Below are positions 1 to 10,474 of a DNA stretch of 39,780 nt, piece after piece. The stretch is from the NCBI GenBank assembly GCA_050050435.1, contig JASFUE010000001.1, positions 1 to 39,780 on the forward strand, read 5' to 3'. Within the stretch, counting starts at the first letter, position 1. Each line of letters opens with the position of its first letter. The notes below the pieces were generated by a model, which saw nothing but the letters and a program-made list of their open reading frames with translations, was not told the origin of the DNA and made no database searches. The DNA is from Burkholderiales bacterium. Lineage in GTDB: Bacteria; Pseudomonadota; Gammaproteobacteria; Burkholderiales; Eutrophovitaceae. The position numbers and the translations under genes were made by a program.

Positions 1-94
1 ACTCGGCGTCGCTGTTGAGCCGCCTGGACATGCTCGGGAAATCCAATCTGGCTTCGCTGGATTGATCGCGGCGAGCTTACCGAGCATCACCAAG

Positions 95-124
95 AATAAA
101 AAACGGGAGCATGCACCTGCTCCC
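95..124 (-). terminator. Rho-independent terminator downstream of erpA
   Basis: Perfect 7-bp inverted repeat gggagca(105-111)/tgctccc(118-124) with a 6-nt loop. On the minus strand it is followed by GTTTTTTATT (complement of 95-104). It lies about 67 nt past the erpA stop. Confidence 0.6.
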
Positions 125-190
125 GCCTCCGAAAAAACGACGCCCGTGGTGCGGCACACCGCTGCAGTCAGATATTCGGGCGGCCTTTGC

Positions 191-541
191 TCACGCCGAA
201 AATGAGGAACCGCAGCCGCAGGTTGAACTCGCATTGGGGTTCTTGATGACAAACTGCGCGCCTTCGATACCCTCCTGATAGTCGATCTCCGCACCGACGA
301 GATACTGATAACTCATCGCGTCAATCAACAAGGTCACACCGTTTTTTTCCATGGTGGCATCGTCATCGTTGATTTCCTCGTCGAACGTGAATCCATACTG
401 AAAGCCCGAGCAGCCACCACCGGTTACGAACACGCGCAGCTTGAGCTCATCATTGCCCTCTTCCTCGATGAGTTCCCTGACTTTCTGCGCAGCACTGTCG
501 CTAAAAACAAGCGGTGCGGGCATCTCTGTGACTGTATTCAT
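191..541 (-). CDS. erpA: Iron-sulfur cluster insertion protein ErpA (IscA/HesB A-type carrier)
   Basis: 116 aa. [14 protein letters not shown] and the C-terminal CGCGSSF cysteine motif are typical of A-type Fe-S carriers, and the length fits. Confidence 0.93.
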   Translation of the reverse strand: MNTVTEMPAPLVFSDSAAQKVRELIEEEGNDELKLRVFVTGGGCSGFQYGFTFDEEINDDDATMEKNGVTLLIDAMSYQYLVGAEIDYQEGIEGAQFVIKNPNASSTCGCGSSFSA

Positions 542-602
542 TACTTACTCCTGCTGGCTATTCAGCATTTCTATCGCGCATGACGCGAAATTGCAATCCT
601 GT

Positions 603-1007
603 TTACTCTTGTGCCGTCAACGGCACGACTTTCTTTCCCTTGCCTTCGTCGTCCTGGTGAACCAGACGGCCCTGCACCACTGCGCCCAGCTGGATTTCCA
701 GCGTCCGATAGTGCACATCTCCTGTGACATTCGATTTGGGCTGTAGTTCGACATACTCGGCGCCAAACACGGGTCCAATGACGGTGCCATTAATAACCGC
801 ATGCGAGACGCGGATTTCACCCTCGATCTGCGCTTTCTCGCTCAGCACCAGGGTACTTGGTTGGTCATCGGCGGTAAGCACGCTGCCGCGAACCCGTCCG
901 TCCACCCGCAGCCCGCCGGAAAAGGCGATGTTTCCTTCGACGACTGTGCCGGCTCCAACCAGGCTATCAATTCGGTTCTGTGGTTTGGTGGGTTTGTTTC
1001 TGAACAT
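603..1007 (-). CDS. Bactofilin-family (DUF583) polymer-forming cytoskeletal protein
   Basis: 134 aa. Repetitive beta-helix-like text (VEGNIAFSGGLRVDGRVRGSV...IEGEIRVSHAVINGTVIG...VTGDVHY) is characteristic of bactofilins. Confidence 0.85.
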   Translation of the reverse strand: MFRNKPTKPQNRIDSLVGAGTVVEGNIAFSGGLRVDGRVRGSVLTADDQPSTLVLSEKAQIEGEIRVSHAVINGTVIGPVFGAEYVELQPKSNVTGDVHYRTLEIQLGAVVQGRLVHQDDEGKGKKVVPLTAQE

Positions 1008-1019
1008 CGTTCCTCCAGG

Positions 1020-1769
1020 TCATGAAAGGGTAGTAGCTTGCGTGGACACTGGCGTCGGATCGCCGTCTTTCATGACGCGAACCTGGACGCCCCGAACAAT
1101 CGCTTCCGGCTGCAAGGTAAATGTGCCTTCGACGCGCTGGTAGAACTTGAAACGCAAATTATACGCCTGCTCATCATCTCCCTCCGCGGGAAATGTCTTC
1201 ACACCAGGCTCGCCATCTGCGACATAGTCGACGATCAACTGCAGTCGACCCCTGAATTCCCTGACTCTCTGCTTCGATTGCACGATCAACAAACGGTAGC
1301 GATATTCGCCGGGCAGCGCGTCGCGCTCGACCCGGAAGCGGTTGACCGTGACCCCGCCAGGATCCGCCCCCGAGGCCATCAAGGTCTGGAAAAAAGCGAG
1401 ATCTTCCTTCAGCAGCGCATTTTCCTCGGACAAGCCTCGAATCTGACCGGTCAGATTACCCTGCGCGGAAAGCTCGATCTGCAACTGTCGTTCCATTGCC
1501 ACGATTTGCCGGCGCAGTCCGGCATTCTCCTCTTGCAACTGGCCATTCAGTTCCTGCAACCGCGATTTCGTCCCTTCGGCTTCGCTGGCGTCGAAGCCGG
1601 CATAGCGCCGCCCGAGATCGTAGGCGGTCCACGCCGCAATCATCGCAACCATCAAGAACGCGACCAGCGTCAGCCAGCGCCAGTACCACGGCACGTGCGA
1701 GTGCACCGCCACACGTGGAGCCGCAATGCCGAAGCGCCTACGCAGTTTTTTGAGCCTCAGTTTCTTCAT
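1020..1769 (-). CDS. Membrane-anchored coiled-coil protein of unknown function
   Basis: 249 aa. It has a basic N-terminus (MKKLRLKKLRRR), one TM segment (WLTLVAFLMVAMIAAWTAY), a heptad-like coiled coil (LQELNGQLQEENAGLRRQIVAMERQLQIEL) and a beta-rich C-terminus. No family was recognised by eye. Confidence 0.7.
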   Translation of the reverse strand: MKKLRLKKLRRRFGIAAPRVAVHSHVPWYWRWLTLVAFLMVAMIAAWTAYDLGRRYAGFDASEAEGTKSRLQELNGQLQEENAGLRRQIVAMERQLQIELSAQGNLTGQIRGLSEENALLKEDLAFFQTLMASGADPGGVTVNRFRVERDALPGEYRYRLLIVQSKQRVREFRGRLQLIVDYVADGEPGVKTFPAEGDDEQAYNLRFKFYQRVEGTFTLQPEAIVRGVQVRVMKDGDPTPVSTQATTLS

Positions 1770-1774
1770 CTTGC

Positions 1775-2812
1775 TCAGGGCACTAGCGCGACATGATCGA
1801 GCCCGGCGGTCTCATCAAGGCCAAACATCAGATTCATGTTCTGTACGGCTTGCCCGGACGCGCCCTTCACCAGGTTATCAATGATTGCCAGGACCACGAC
1901 CGTGTCACCTTGATCCGGTCGATGCACCGCAATCCGGCAGGTATTGGCGCCGCGCACGCTGCGCGTATCCGGATGGCTGCCAGCTGGCATGACATCGACA
2001 AACGGCTCATCCTTGAAGCGTTCTTCAAACAGCGCCTGCACGTCCACGTCTGTTGTCAACCGCGCGTAAAGCGTGGCGTGGATACCGCGAATTGCCGGTG
2101 TCAGATGGGGCACGAAAATCAATCCGATCGGTCCCCCGTTCGCCTGCTCCAGCCCCTGAATCATTTCCGGATGGTGGCGATGCCCCGCAACACCGTAGGC
2201 CCGGAAGCTGTCGGATACCTCTGAAAACATGATTCCCAGATCGGCTTTTCTGCCGGCCCCACTGACACCGGACTTAGCATCCGCAACAAGGTGTGAGGGA
2301 TCCACGACCCCGGCCTCGAGCAAGGGCAAGAACCCGAGCTGTACCGCAGTTGCGTAACACCCCGGGTTACCGACAACCCGGGCAGACTTGATCTGGTTGC
2401 GGTACAGCTCCGGCAATCCGTAGACCGCCTCTGCCAGCAACGTGCTGGCAGTATGTTCCAGGTGATACCATTTATCCCACTGATCCAGATCCTGCAGTCG
2501 GAAATCTGCCGCCAAATCAATGATCTTTACGCCCTGCTCGACCAACACCGGGGCATGACTCATGGCCACACCATGGGGTGTCGCAAAGAAGACAACGTCG
2601 CACGCATTGAGGGGCGCGTCTTCGGGATCAGAAAAAACGAGATCGACCTTGCCGCGCAAACTGGGGAACATGGTCGCAACAGGTATACCGGCCTCGCTCC
2701 GGGACGTAATCGTCTGAAGCGTTACCCCCGGATGCATCGACAGCAGCCGGAGTAATTCAACTCCAGTATAGCCAGTACCCCCCACAATCCCTGCTTTTAC
2801 CATTTTATGCAA
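1775..2812 (-). CDS. argC: N-acetyl-gamma-glutamyl-phosphate reductase
   Basis: 345 aa. It has the N-terminal Rossmann motif [10 protein letters not shown] and the active-site region GNPGCYAT. The start could instead be the second Met at 2803. Confidence 0.95.
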   Translation of the reverse strand: MHKMVKAGIVGGTGYTGVELLRLLSMHPGVTLQTITSRSEAGIPVATMFPSLRGKVDLVFSDPEDAPLNACDVVFFATPHGVAMSHAPVLVEQGVKIIDLAADFRLQDLDQWDKWYHLEHTASTLLAEAVYGLPELYRNQIKSARVVGNPGCYATAVQLGFLPLLEAGVVDPSHLVADAKSGVSGAGRKADLGIMFSEVSDSFRAYGVAGHRHHPEMIQGLEQANGGPIGLIFVPHLTPAIRGIHATLYARLTTDVDVQALFEERFKDEPFVDVMPAGSHPDTRSVRGANTCRIAVHRPDQGDTVVVLAIIDNLVKGASGQAVQNMNLMFGLDETAGLDHVALVP

Positions 2813-2865
2813 TATGTTACACGCGAATTCAACGATAATACCTTAAGTCTCATGGTAGATCAGCC

Positions 2866-2898
2866 CACAAAACAAAAAAGCCGCCCGGAGGCGGCTTT
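2866..2898 (-). terminator. Rho-independent terminator downstream of rpsI
   Basis: Stem aaagccgcc(2877-2885)/ggcggcttt(2890-2898) with loop cgga. On the minus strand it is followed by TTTTGTTTTG. It lies about 20 nt past the rpsI stop. Confidence 0.75.
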
Positions 2899-2916
2899 CA
2901 TGAAAACGCAAAACAA

Positions 2917-3315
2917 TCAGCGTTTCGAGTACTGGGGACGCCGCCGCGCCTTGTGCAAGCCAACTTTCTTTCGTTCGACTTCACGGGCATCACGCGTGAT
3001 CAGCCCGGCTTTACGCAGTGCCGGCTTGAGCGAAGCATCGTAGTCGACCAGCGCTCTGGCGATGCCATGACGCACGGCACCTGCCTGCCCGGACTCGCCC
3101 CCTCCATTCACATTCACATGAATATCGAAGTTGTTCAGGGTCTCGGTCAATTCCAGCGGCTGCCTGACGAGCATCCGACCGGTTTCCCGTGAAAAGAATT
3201 CGTCTACGGGCTTGTCGTTAACGACAATTGCTCCACTGCCCGGCTTGATGTAAACGCGCGCCACGGCAGACTTGCGCCGGCCGGTACCATAATTCGCTTG
3301 TGATCCTGCAGCCAT
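2917..3315 (-). CDS. rpsI: 30S ribosomal protein S9
   Basis: 132 aa. [12 protein letters not shown] and the C-terminal [11 protein letters not shown] are diagnostic of S9. Confidence 0.97.
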   Translation of the reverse strand: MAAGSQANYGTGRRKSAVARVYIKPGSGAIVVNDKPVDEFFSRETGRMLVRQPLELTETLNNFDIHVNVNGGGESGQAGAVRHGIARALVDYDASLKPALRKAGLITRDAREVERKKVGLHKARRRPQYSKR

Positions 3316-3328
3316 GTTGTTCCCTGTC

Positions 3329-3757
3329 TCAGACGTTCAGTGCTTGCGGTTGCTGCGCCGCGTGCGGATGTTCGGAGTCGGCGTAAACCTTGAGCTTCTT
3401 GAGCATCGCGTAACCCAAAGGCCCCTTCGGCAGCATGCCTTTGACCGCCAGTTCCAGCGCCCGGGTCGGAAAGCGTTCCTGCATTTTGCGGAAATTTGTC
3501 TCATAAAGCCCGCCCGGATACCCACTATGGCGATAATACATCTTGTCTTGCGCCTTGTTTCCGGTCACACGGATTTTTCCGGCGTTGACCACAACAATGT
3601 AATCACCGGTATCGACATGGGGCGTATAAACGGCTTTGTGTTTCCCGCGCAATCGCCTGGCGATTTCAACAGACAGACGCCCGAGGACCTTGTCGGTCGC
3701 GTCGATCAGGAACCAGTCGCGGTGCACGTCGCTTGCTTTGGCTGTATAGGTTTTCAT
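3329..3757 (-). CDS. rplM: 50S ribosomal protein L13
   Basis: 142 aa. It begins [25 protein letters not shown], and it sits immediately upstream of rpsI in the classical rplM-rpsI operon arrangement. Confidence 0.97.
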   Translation of the reverse strand: MKTYTAKASDVHRDWFLIDATDKVLGRLSVEIARRLRGKHKAVYTPHVDTGDYIVVVNAGKIRVTGNKAQDKMYYRHSGYPGGLYETNFRKMQERFPTRALELAVKGMLPKGPLGYAMLKKLKVYADSEHPHAAQQPQALNV

Positions 3758-4044
3758 AGTGACGGCTTCCGGCAGGAGCGTCCAAATGCGAAAGGCGCGA
3801 ATTCTAATCGTCAGGCACAGCCGTTGTCAAACTCTTAAAGGGGCGACAACGCCTAGATTTAATTGGCGTTTTGCGTCCCCTGTAGGCCAAGTCCAGCCAC
3901 CGGTGGGAGCAATCAACCCGAGCAATTACTTCTAACCGGGCCGATAATACGGAATAATCCGTGCTTGTGGCAGCGCCTGCCCCACTATTTTTTCATGTAG
4001 TCAGCACCTTAAATCAAATCGCCTCAACTCAGGCCCGAGTCGCA

Positions 4045-5217
4045 ATGCGCAAATTCTGGTTGGTATTTTCTCAGGCCGTGACGATCTGCCTCGCGGTCCT
4101 ATTCGTAGTGACGACGCTGCGCCCTGATCTGCTCAGCCTGGCCCCGCGATCAACTGGTGGCGAAGTTGTCACCATCCGCGAAGCTAGCGACGATCAGCAG
4201 CAAAAACAGATCGTGCTCGGCAGCCTCAAGACGGCCGCCCAAAAGGCGATGCCGGCAGTGGTCAACGTCTACACCACCAAGCAAACCAAGCTGCCGCGCC
4301 ACCCGTTCATGGATGATCCGCTGTTTCGCCGTTTCTTTGGCGATCAGTTTGACAGCGAGAGCCGCCAATCCGCCAGCCTCGGATCCGGTGTCATCGTCGG
4401 CCGCGAGGGCTTCGTATTGACCAACAATCACGTGATCGAGACCGCCGACGAGATTGAAGTGGCCTTTGCCGGGGGCAGGAAAGCAACCGCAGAGGTTGTC
4501 GGCACCGACCCGGAGACTGACCTCGCAGTACTCAGAGTAGACACGGCCGATTTGCCTGCGATTGCGTTTGGCAATCCCAACTCGCTGAGTATTGGCGACT
4601 TTGTCCTCGCCATTGGCAATCCTTTTGGCGTCGGCCAGACCGTCACGATGGGCATTGTGAGCGCCAAAGGCCGCAGCCGTCTGGGAATCAGCACGTTCGA
4701 AGACTTTATCCAGACCGACGCGGCAATCAATCCCGGAAACTCGGGGGGTGCTCTGGTCGATGCGGACGGCAATCTGGTCGGCATCAATAGCGCAATCTAT
4801 TCACGCACTGGTGGATCGCTCGGTATCGGCTTCGCCATCCCCTCGGATCTGGCGCGCCATGTCATGGAAGAGATTATCGAGCACGGCTCCGTCACCCGCG
4901 GCTGGATCGGAGTCGAAGTCCAGGATATTTCGCCCGAACTGGCTGAATCATTCCGCTTGCCGACGACCAATGGCACACTCATCGCCAGCGTTCAGCCCGG
5001 CGGTCCCGCCGAGCGCGCCGGAATCCGTCGTGGCGATATCCTGGTCGCAGTGGAATCCAAGGGATTTACCGACTCCACGGAAATGCTGAATCTGATCGCC
5101 GCACTGAAGCCCGGTGACAAGGCAACGCTCAAGATATTGCGCGACCGCCAGGAGAAGCTGGTTCAGATTCAGGTTGGCACCAGGCCTCGCCCGATTCACA
5201 GCAAGAGCCTGGAATAA
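4045..5217 (+). CDS. S1C (HtrA-family) serine endoprotease, DegS/AlgW-like, with an N-terminal membrane anchor and a single PDZ domain
   Basis: Catalytic triad contexts are TNNHVI (His), DLAVLRV (Asp) and GNSGGAL (Ser), with one PDZ-like C-terminal domain. The ATG at 4045 (MRKFWLVFSQAVTICLAVLFVV = TM anchor) is preferred over the GTG at 3961 given in the ORF track. Confidence 0.88.
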   Translation: MRKFWLVFSQAVTICLAVLFVVTTLRPDLLSLAPRSTGGEVVTIREASDDQQQKQIVLGSLKTAAQKAMPAVVNVYTTKQTKLPRHPFMDDPLFRRFFGDQFDSESRQSASLGSGVIVGREGFVLTNNHVIETADEIEVAFAGGRKATAEVVGTDPETDLAVLRVDTADLPAIAFGNPNSLSIGDFVLAIGNPFGVGQTVTMGIVSAKGRSRLGISTFEDFIQTDAAINPGNSGGALVDADGNLVGINSAIYSRTGGSLGIGFAIPSDLARHVMEEIIEHGSVTRGWIGVEVQDISPELAESFRLPTTNGTLIASVQPGGPAERAGIRRGDILVAVESKGFTDSTEMLNLIAALKPGDKATLKILRDRQEKLVQIQVGTRPRPIHSKSLE

Positions 5218-5308
5218 CCAGCAGTCAAGCCCCGGACGGAGCATAAGAACAAGCCCGGACTGACAGGCCCATTGCGGGTCGATCAGGCCGTGCGCTCGCC
5301 CTGCGCGC

Positions 5309-6064
5309 CTAGCTCGGCGGTGAATCGGACTGGGGCTGCTCGTCGTCTGACGGCGCGCCCACCCATGCGGCGACGATCAAACCGGTCTCGTAGAGAAGCC
5401 AGAGCGGAAATGCCAGCAGTAGTTGGGAGACCACGTCGGGCGGTGTGAAAATCGCCGCCAGGACAAAAGCGCCAACGATGACGTAAGGCCGGGCCTGCTT
5501 GAGCTTTTCAAGGCTCACGATGCCCATTCGCACCAGAATAACGACCGCAATCGGCGTTTCGAAAGCGACCCCGAAGGCCAGAAACAGCGTCAAAACAAAG
5601 TCGAAATATTTCTGGATGTCGGTCATCACCGCGACGCCAGTCGGTGCAAATGTGGTGATGAAGTGGAATACCACTGGAAAAACGATAAAGTAGGCAAACG
5701 CCATACCCACCAGGAAAAGCAGCGTGCTGGTAGCGATCAAGGGTAGCACCAGCTTCTTTTCGTGTAGGTACAAACCCGGCGCGACGAACGCCCAAGCCTG
5801 GTAGAGAACGTAAGGCAAGGCGATGATCAGCGCCGCGAACATGGTCACTTTCACCGGAACGAAGAACGGCGCCGCGACTTCAACCGCAATCATCTGGGTA
5901 CCCGCCGGCATTTCCGCGAGCAATGGCGCGGCCAGCAGGGTATAGATATCCCTCGCCCAGTAAAAAAGCACCCCGAATATGACCAGCAGCACGAGTACCG
6001 CCCGCAACAGGCGGTCACGCAACTCGATCAGGTGCGACATGAAGGAATCAGTTTCTTCGCTCAT
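5309..6064 (-). CDS. tatC: Twin-arginine translocase subunit TatC
   Basis: 251 aa polytopic protein. The N-terminus (SHLIELRDRLLRAVL) and six TM segments are typical of TatC, and it follows tatA-tatB. Confidence 0.95.
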   Translation of the reverse strand: MSEETDSFMSHLIELRDRLLRAVLVLLVIFGVLFYWARDIYTLLAAPLLAEMPAGTQMIAVEVAAPFFVPVKVTMFAALIIALPYVLYQAWAFVAPGLYLHEKKLVLPLIATSTLLFLVGMAFAYFIVFPVVFHFITTFAPTGVAVMTDIQKYFDFVLTLFLAFGVAFETPIAVVILVRMGIVSLEKLKQARPYVIVGAFVLAAIFTPPDVVSQLLLAFPLWLLYETGLIVAAWVGAPSDDEQPQSDSPPS

Positions 6065-6157
6065 GCCTGTTAATCCTGATCAACGCGTATTCATTGCGTG
6101 GAGAGAGTTTCGATTGCGTAGAGGAAACGGCGCCCGCTGTCATTCCCGGCCCCGGCA

Positions 6158-6697
6158 TCACGTCTGCTTGTCGCCTGAACCGGACTTCGTCGAGTCCGGA
6201 TTCGGCTCCGCCCGAGCTGTCTCAGGCATTTCCGGAGCCGCAGCCTCGCCGTCGCCGTTTTCCTGCGAGCCCTCATCGGCTTGCTTGTCCGCCTTTTCAG
6301 GCGAATCAACCGACTCCATCAGGTTTATACCGGTGGCCGGCTTGACGGCATCTTCCAGGTTCTTGCGGGTTTCGGCCTCGGCCGGCTTGACGGCATCTTC
6401 CAGGTTCTTGCGGGTTTCGGCCTCGGCCTGCTTGACCTCGTCCTCGACATAATTGACCTGCTTGGAAACGCTTTTCTCGATTTCCTCGGCCGCATCTTTC
6501 ATCGTGGACTGCAGTTGCCTAAGCTCGTCCAGCTCGACTTCTCGATTGATGTCAGCCTTGATATCGCTGACATAGCGCTGCATGCGACCGATCAGGTGAC
6601 CCAGAGTACGCGCCACCCGCGGCAGTCGCTCTGGACCGATCACGATCAGGCCGACGACGGCGATGATCATCAATTCGGAAATACCGAAATTAAACAT
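6158..6697 (-). CDS. tatB: Twin-arginine translocase subunit TatB
   Basis: 179 aa. MFNFGISELMIIAVVGLIVIGPERLP is a TatA/B-type N-terminus, followed by a long acidic C-terminal tail. It sits between tatA and tatC. Confidence 0.9.
   Translation of the reverse strand: MFNFGISELMIIAVVGLIVIGPERLPRVARTLGHLIGRMQRYVSDIKADINREVELDELRQLQSTMKDAAEEIEKSVSKQVNYVEDEVKQAEAETRKNLEDAVKPAEAETRKNLEDAVKPATGINLMESVDSPEKADKQADEGSQENGDGEAAAPEMPETARAEPNPDSTKSGSGDKQT
6336..6425. repeat. Perfect 2 x 45-bp tandem duplication inside tatB
   Basis: gccggcttgacggcatcttccaggttcttgcgggtttcggcctcg occurs at 6336-6380 and again identically at 6381-6425. It encodes AEAETRKNLEDAVKP twice in the TatB tail. Confidence 0.95.
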
Positions 6698-6725
6698 CAG
6701 TGATACCGCCCGGCCGCTGGAAGAA

Positions 6726-6959
6726 TCAGCCCTTGGACTCTTCCTTTACCTCGCCCTCGATGGTCTCGCCCTTCGCAGCGTCCGCCTGAATCTTTGCCGT
6801 GGTGGTCTCTTCTTCCTGGTCTTCCGGCTTGACTCCTTCCTTAAAACCTTTCACCGCCTTGCCAAGGTCGGACCCGAGATTACCGAGTTTCTTGGTGCCA
6901 AAAATAAGTACTACGACCACCAAGACAATCAACCAGTGCCAAATACTGAATGTTCCCAT
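6726..6959 (-). CDS. tatA: Twin-arginine translocase subunit TatA
   Basis: 77 aa. [25 protein letters not shown] is followed by an amphipathic, charged tail. Confidence 0.93.
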   Translation of the reverse strand: MGTFSIWHWLIVLVVVVLIFGTKKLGNLGSDLGKAVKGFKEGVKPEDQEEETTTAKIQADAAKGETIEGEVKEESKG

Positions 6960-6982
6960 TTGCTTCGCCCCTGAAAATTCGC

Positions 6983-7342
6983 TTACTTCGACTTCTGGAT
7001 CATTCCCGCCAACGGTTTGTCGCCGCCGAGAATATGAACGTGGAGATGATAGACATCCTGGCGCCCTACCCGGCCGGTATTTACAACCGTCCGAAACCCG
7101 TCTGTCGATCCCTGTTCTTTTGCCAACCGGCCTGCCATCAGCATGATACGCCCCAGTACGTCCCGGTCCCCGTCCTGCACATCAGCAAGTGACGCGATGT
7201 GCTTTTTCGGGATGATCATGAAATGCACCGGTGCAGCCGGATTAATATCATGAAAAGCAAATATCTCATCGTCCTCATAGACCTTGCTACTGGGGATCTC
7301 GCCCCGAACGATCTTGCAAAAAATACAGTCCCGCTCACTCAT
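6983..7342 (-). CDS. Histidine triad (HIT) family nucleotide hydrolase
   Basis: It has the HIT motif HLHVHILGG and the N-terminal CIFCKI. The ATG at 7342 is preferred over the GTG at 7375 in the ORF track. Confidence 0.88.
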   Translation of the reverse strand: MSERDCIFCKIVRGEIPSSKVYEDDEIFAFHDINPAAPVHFMIIPKKHIASLADVQDGDRDVLGRIMLMAGRLAKEQGSTDGFRTVVNTGRVGRQDVYHLHVHILGGDKPLAGMIQKSK

Positions 7343-7395
7343 ACTTGCCTGTCCTGGAAGCGCCTGCGTCACCACCCTCAGGCACGAGGAAGAAT

Positions 7396-7725
7396 CTATC
7401 CCGCTGTGTGCCGGCTTTTCTTTTCGTCAATGCCCGACACACCTTCCCGGCGACACAGTTCGTCAAGAACCTCGTTCGGGCTGATTCCGTAATAGGAAAG
7501 CACCACCAAACAGTGAAACCACAAGTCCGCAGTTTCACGCACAAGATGCAGTTTATCACCGTCTTTCGCGGCCAGTAGCACCTCGGCAGACTCTTCAGCC
7601 ACCTTCTTGAGGATGGCATCCTGCCCTTTGCCAAACAGGCTCGCGACATAGGAACTGTCCGGATCAGAGCCCCGGCGCGCCTCAATGACTTCCGCGAGCC
7701 TTTGCAGGATTGCTGTAGTGGTCAT
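7396..7725 (-). CDS. hisE: Phosphoribosyl-ATP pyrophosphatase
   Basis: The Met at 7725 gives 109 aa starting [18 protein letters not shown], which is HisE-like. It overlaps the hisI stop by 4 bp (ATGA). The longer ORF-track start at 7830 would lie inside hisI. Confidence 0.9.
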   Translation of the reverse strand: MTTTAILQRLAEVIEARRGSDPDSSYVASLFGKGQDAILKKVAEESAEVLLAAKDGDKLHLVRETADLWFHCLVVLSYYGISPNEVLDELCRREGVSGIDEKKSRHTAG

Positions 7726-8114
7726 GACTTTCCATAAATGCGTTTGGGGTCTTCCAGCACCGGTTGAATGATGACCCAGTTCCCCGCTTCCAGTTTCCTG
7801 AAAAAACAACTCTCGCGGCCAGTATGGCACGCAATACCGCCAGTCTGCTCGACTTTGAGCAAAATCACGTCACCATCACAGTCGAGCAGTATTTCCTTGA
7901 CACTCTGGGTGTGACCTGATTCCTCGCCCTTGCGCCAGAGCCTGGAGCGCGAGCGCGACCAGTACACTGCTCGCGACGTCTGCACCGTTTCCATCAGTGC
8001 CTCGTGGTTCATCCACGCTACCATCAGCACATGGCCACTGACGGCATCCTGCGCGATCGCTGGCACCAGACCGTTGTCGTTCCACTGGACCTGTTCAAGC
8101 CAGTCTGAGCTCAT
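7722..8114 (-). CDS. hisI: Phosphoribosyl-AMP cyclohydrolase
   Basis: 130 aa. GLVPAIAQD...MVAWMN...YWSRSR..LW.KGE.SG and ...CDGD...Q.GG.ACHTG are HisI signatures. Confidence 0.93.
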   Translation of the reverse strand: MSSDWLEQVQWNDNGLVPAIAQDAVSGHVLMVAWMNHEALMETVQTSRAVYWSRSRSRLWRKGEESGHTQSVKEILLDCDGDVILLKVEQTGGIACHTGRESCFFRKLEAGNWVIIQPVLEDPKRIYGKS

Positions 8115-8881
8115 GTCCGCACCTCGAGTCCAGCGGCGGCAAGGCGTCTCTTGACGTCGGCAACCGTGAGTTCGCCATAGTGAAAAACACTGGCCGCCAG
8201 AAGTGCATCCGCGCCACCTTCAGTCACCCCGTCTATGAAGTCCTCAACGCTTCCGACTCCACCACTGGCGATGATCGGCACATCCAATGCATCCGAGAAA
8301 GCCCTGGTGAGTTCCAGGTCGAAGCCCGCCTTGGTCCCGTCCCGATCCATGCTGGTCAGCAATATTTCGCCTGCGCCAGCTTGCTGCATGCGCTTACCCC
8401 ACTCAACCGCATCGATACCGGTCGGTTTGCGCCCGCCATGGGTATAGACCTCCCAGCGCAACGGCGAAGAACCGGCAACCCGCCTTGCATCCACTGCCAC
8501 GACGATACATTGGGAACCAAAACGCGCCGCCGCCTCCTCGACGAATTTCGGATTCACGACCGCAGCCGTGTTGATGCTGACCTTGTCTGCCCCGGCATTG
8601 AGCAGGCTGCGCACGTCGTCCACTGTTCGTACGCCACCACCGACGGTCAGCGGAATAAATACCTGGGCCGCGACTTCCTCGATGACGTGCACGATGAGTC
8701 CTCGTTCATCACTGCTCGCAGTGATATCGAGAAAGCACAGTTCATCGGCCCCTTGCTCGTCGTAACGTCTGGCAATTTCGACCGGATCCCCCGCATCGCG
8801 CAAGTCGACGAAATTGACGCCCTTGACGACCCGCCCGCCGGTGACGTCGAGGCATGGAATCACGCGTTTGGAAAGTCCCAT
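8111..8881 (-). CDS. hisF: Imidazole glycerol phosphate synthase, cyclase subunit
   Basis: 256 aa. [15 protein letters not shown] and the (beta/alpha)8 repeats DRDGTK.G.D are typical of HisF. Confidence 0.97.
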   Translation of the reverse strand: MGLSKRVIPCLDVTGGRVVKGVNFVDLRDAGDPVEIARRYDEQGADELCFLDITASSDERGLIVHVIEEVAAQVFIPLTVGGGVRTVDDVRSLLNAGADKVSINTAAVVNPKFVEEAAARFGSQCIVVAVDARRVAGSSPLRWEVYTHGGRKPTGIDAVEWGKRMQQAGAGEILLTSMDRDGTKAGFDLELTRAFSDALDVPIIASGGVGSVEDFIDGVTEGGADALLAASVFHYGELTVADVKRRLAAAGLEVRT

Positions 8882-8905
8882 GGTTTTCAGGTGCGGGCGC
8901 CGCGA

Positions 8906-9685
8906 TCAAGACGCACCGTCCGACCCGCTTTCTCCGTCCCCGGCCTGCTGTCCCAACTTCTCAACCAGTTTCTGCGCAGCTGAAAAATCGAGCTTGCCTT
9001 CATAGATGGCCCGGCCCGTAATGGCACCCATTACACCCTCGTCCTCGACACCGCACAGCTTTTCGATGTCCGTCAGCGAGTTGATGCCACCACTGGCGAT
9101 CACCGGAACTGTCAAGGCGCGCGCCAGATCGACGGTCGCGCCAATATTCACACCGGTAAGCATGCCATCACGGCCGATGTCGGTGTAAATCACCGCTTCG
9201 ATGCCGTAGTCCTGAAATTTCTGCGCCAGGTCAATAACGTCGTGCCCGGTCATTTTTGACCAACCCTCTACCGCAACCTTGCCGTCCCTTGCGTCAAGCG
9301 CAACGATGACGTGCCCCGGGAAAGCGAGACAGGCATCCTGAAGAAAACCCGGCGTCTTGACCGCAGCCGTGCCGACCACGATATAGGAGACGCCGTCGTC
9401 GATATAACGTTCGATAGTATCGAGATCGCGAATACCGCCACCAAGTTGGACAGGAATATCGTCCCCAGCAGCGGCGACCACGGCCTTGATGGCCTCCTCG
9501 TTTTTTGGCTTGCCGGCAAAAGCGCCATTAAGGTCGACAAGGTGCAGACGCTGCGCGCCCTGATCTACCCAGTGACGCGCCATTGCACCCGGGTCTTCGG
9601 AAAAAACGGTCGCATCGTTCATGTCGCCTTGTTTCAGGCGAACGCACTGCCCATCCTTCAGATCGATAGCAGGAATAATTAACAT
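8906..9685 (-). CDS. hisA: ProFAR isomerase (1-(5-phosphoribosyl)-5-[(5-phosphoribosylamino)methylideneamino]imidazole-4-carboxamide isomerase)
   Basis: 259 aa. [17 protein letters not shown] and HLVDLNGA are HisA signatures. It carries a short Gly/Ser/Asp-rich C-terminal tail. Confidence 0.95.
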   Translation of the reverse strand: MLIIPAIDLKDGQCVRLKQGDMNDATVFSEDPGAMARHWVDQGAQRLHLVDLNGAFAGKPKNEEAIKAVVAAAGDDIPVQLGGGIRDLDTIERYIDDGVSYIVVGTAAVKTPGFLQDACLAFPGHVIVALDARDGKVAVEGWSKMTGHDVIDLAQKFQDYGIEAVIYTDIGRDGMLTGVNIGATVDLARALTVPVIASGGINSLTDIEKLCGVEDEGVMGAITGRAIYEGKLDFSAAQKLVEKLGQQAGDGESGSDGAS

Positions 9686-9775
9686 GATCGAAAATTCTGT
9701 TTACACACTATTACAAGGTAAGGTCGGTCGCCCAAACACAACGAAACAGCCGCAAGTTCCTGGCACAGGTCGGAG

Positions 9776-10459
9776 TCAAACGTCAGCCGTTCCGATCGCC
9801 TCATCTTTTAACCTGTCCGCCGCCACGTCCCACTTGATGAAATTGGACAACAGCTTGAGCCCTGCGGCCTGACTCTTCTCCGGGTGAAATTGCACAGCAA
9901 AAATGTTATTGCGCGCCACCGCACTCGTAAAGGCGAAGGGGTAGCATGTTGTCCCCACCACCAGTTCCGGGTCCGATACTTCGACATAGTAACTGTGCAC
10001 GAAATAAAAACGGCTGCCGTCTTCGATGCCCTGCCACATGGCATGCGCGCGATTCTGGTAGACCTGGTTCCAACCCATGTGTGGGACCTTTAGCTTGTTT
10101 CCGGCCTCATCAAGCATTCGTTCTCCCGGAAAACGCGCCACATTTCCGGGCAGCAGCCCGAGTCCTTCGACATCGCCTTCTTCGCTGTGTTCGAACAGCA
10201 TTTGCAGACCAATACACAGCCCCAGGAAAGGTTTGTGTTCCGACGCGGCAATGATCGCATCGCGTAATCCGCGCGCCTCGAGCTCACGGATGCAATCGGG
10301 CATGGCACCCTGCCCCGGAAACACGATCCTGTCTGCGGCATGGATATCCTCCGGATTGTCGGTGACCATCACCTCGCACTCCGGCGCGACATGCTCGAGC
10401 GCCTTCGCGACGGAGCGAAGGTTGCCCATGCCATAGTCGACTACAGCAATCTTGGACAT
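9776..10459 (-). CDS. hisH: Imidazole glycerol phosphate synthase, glutamine amidotransferase subunit
   Basis: It has IAVVDYGMGNLRSV, the nucleophile context GLCIGLQ and the C-terminal FAVQFHPEKS. The start was taken at the third Met of the ORF (the ORF track gives 10465). Confidence 0.95.
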   Translation of the reverse strand: MSKIAVVDYGMGNLRSVAKALEHVAPECEVMVTDNPEDIHAADRIVFPGQGAMPDCIRELEARGLRDAIIAASEHKPFLGLCIGLQMLFEHSEEGDVEGLGLLPGNVARFPGERMLDEAGNKLKVPHMGWNQVYQNRAHAMWQGIEDGSRFYFVHSYYVEVSDPELVVGTTCYPFAFTSAVARNNIFAVQFHPEKSQAAGLKLLSNFIKWDVAADRLKDEAIGTADV

Positions 10460-10474
10460 AAGCAAAACGCGGAT

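Noticed and set aside
3-65. A possible 3' end of a plus-strand gene (…SASLLSRLDMLGKSNLASLD-stop) at the left edge of the window.
   Set aside because: Only 20 codons are visible, there is no recognisable motif, and another frame is also open here. It cannot be supported.
3840-3880. An imperfect inverted repeat (ggggcgacaacgcc ... ggcgttttgcgtcccc) in the rplM/protease divergent region. It was considered as a possible rplM leader structure.
   Set aside because: The stem is interrupted, and I cannot place a transcription start, so it remains speculative.
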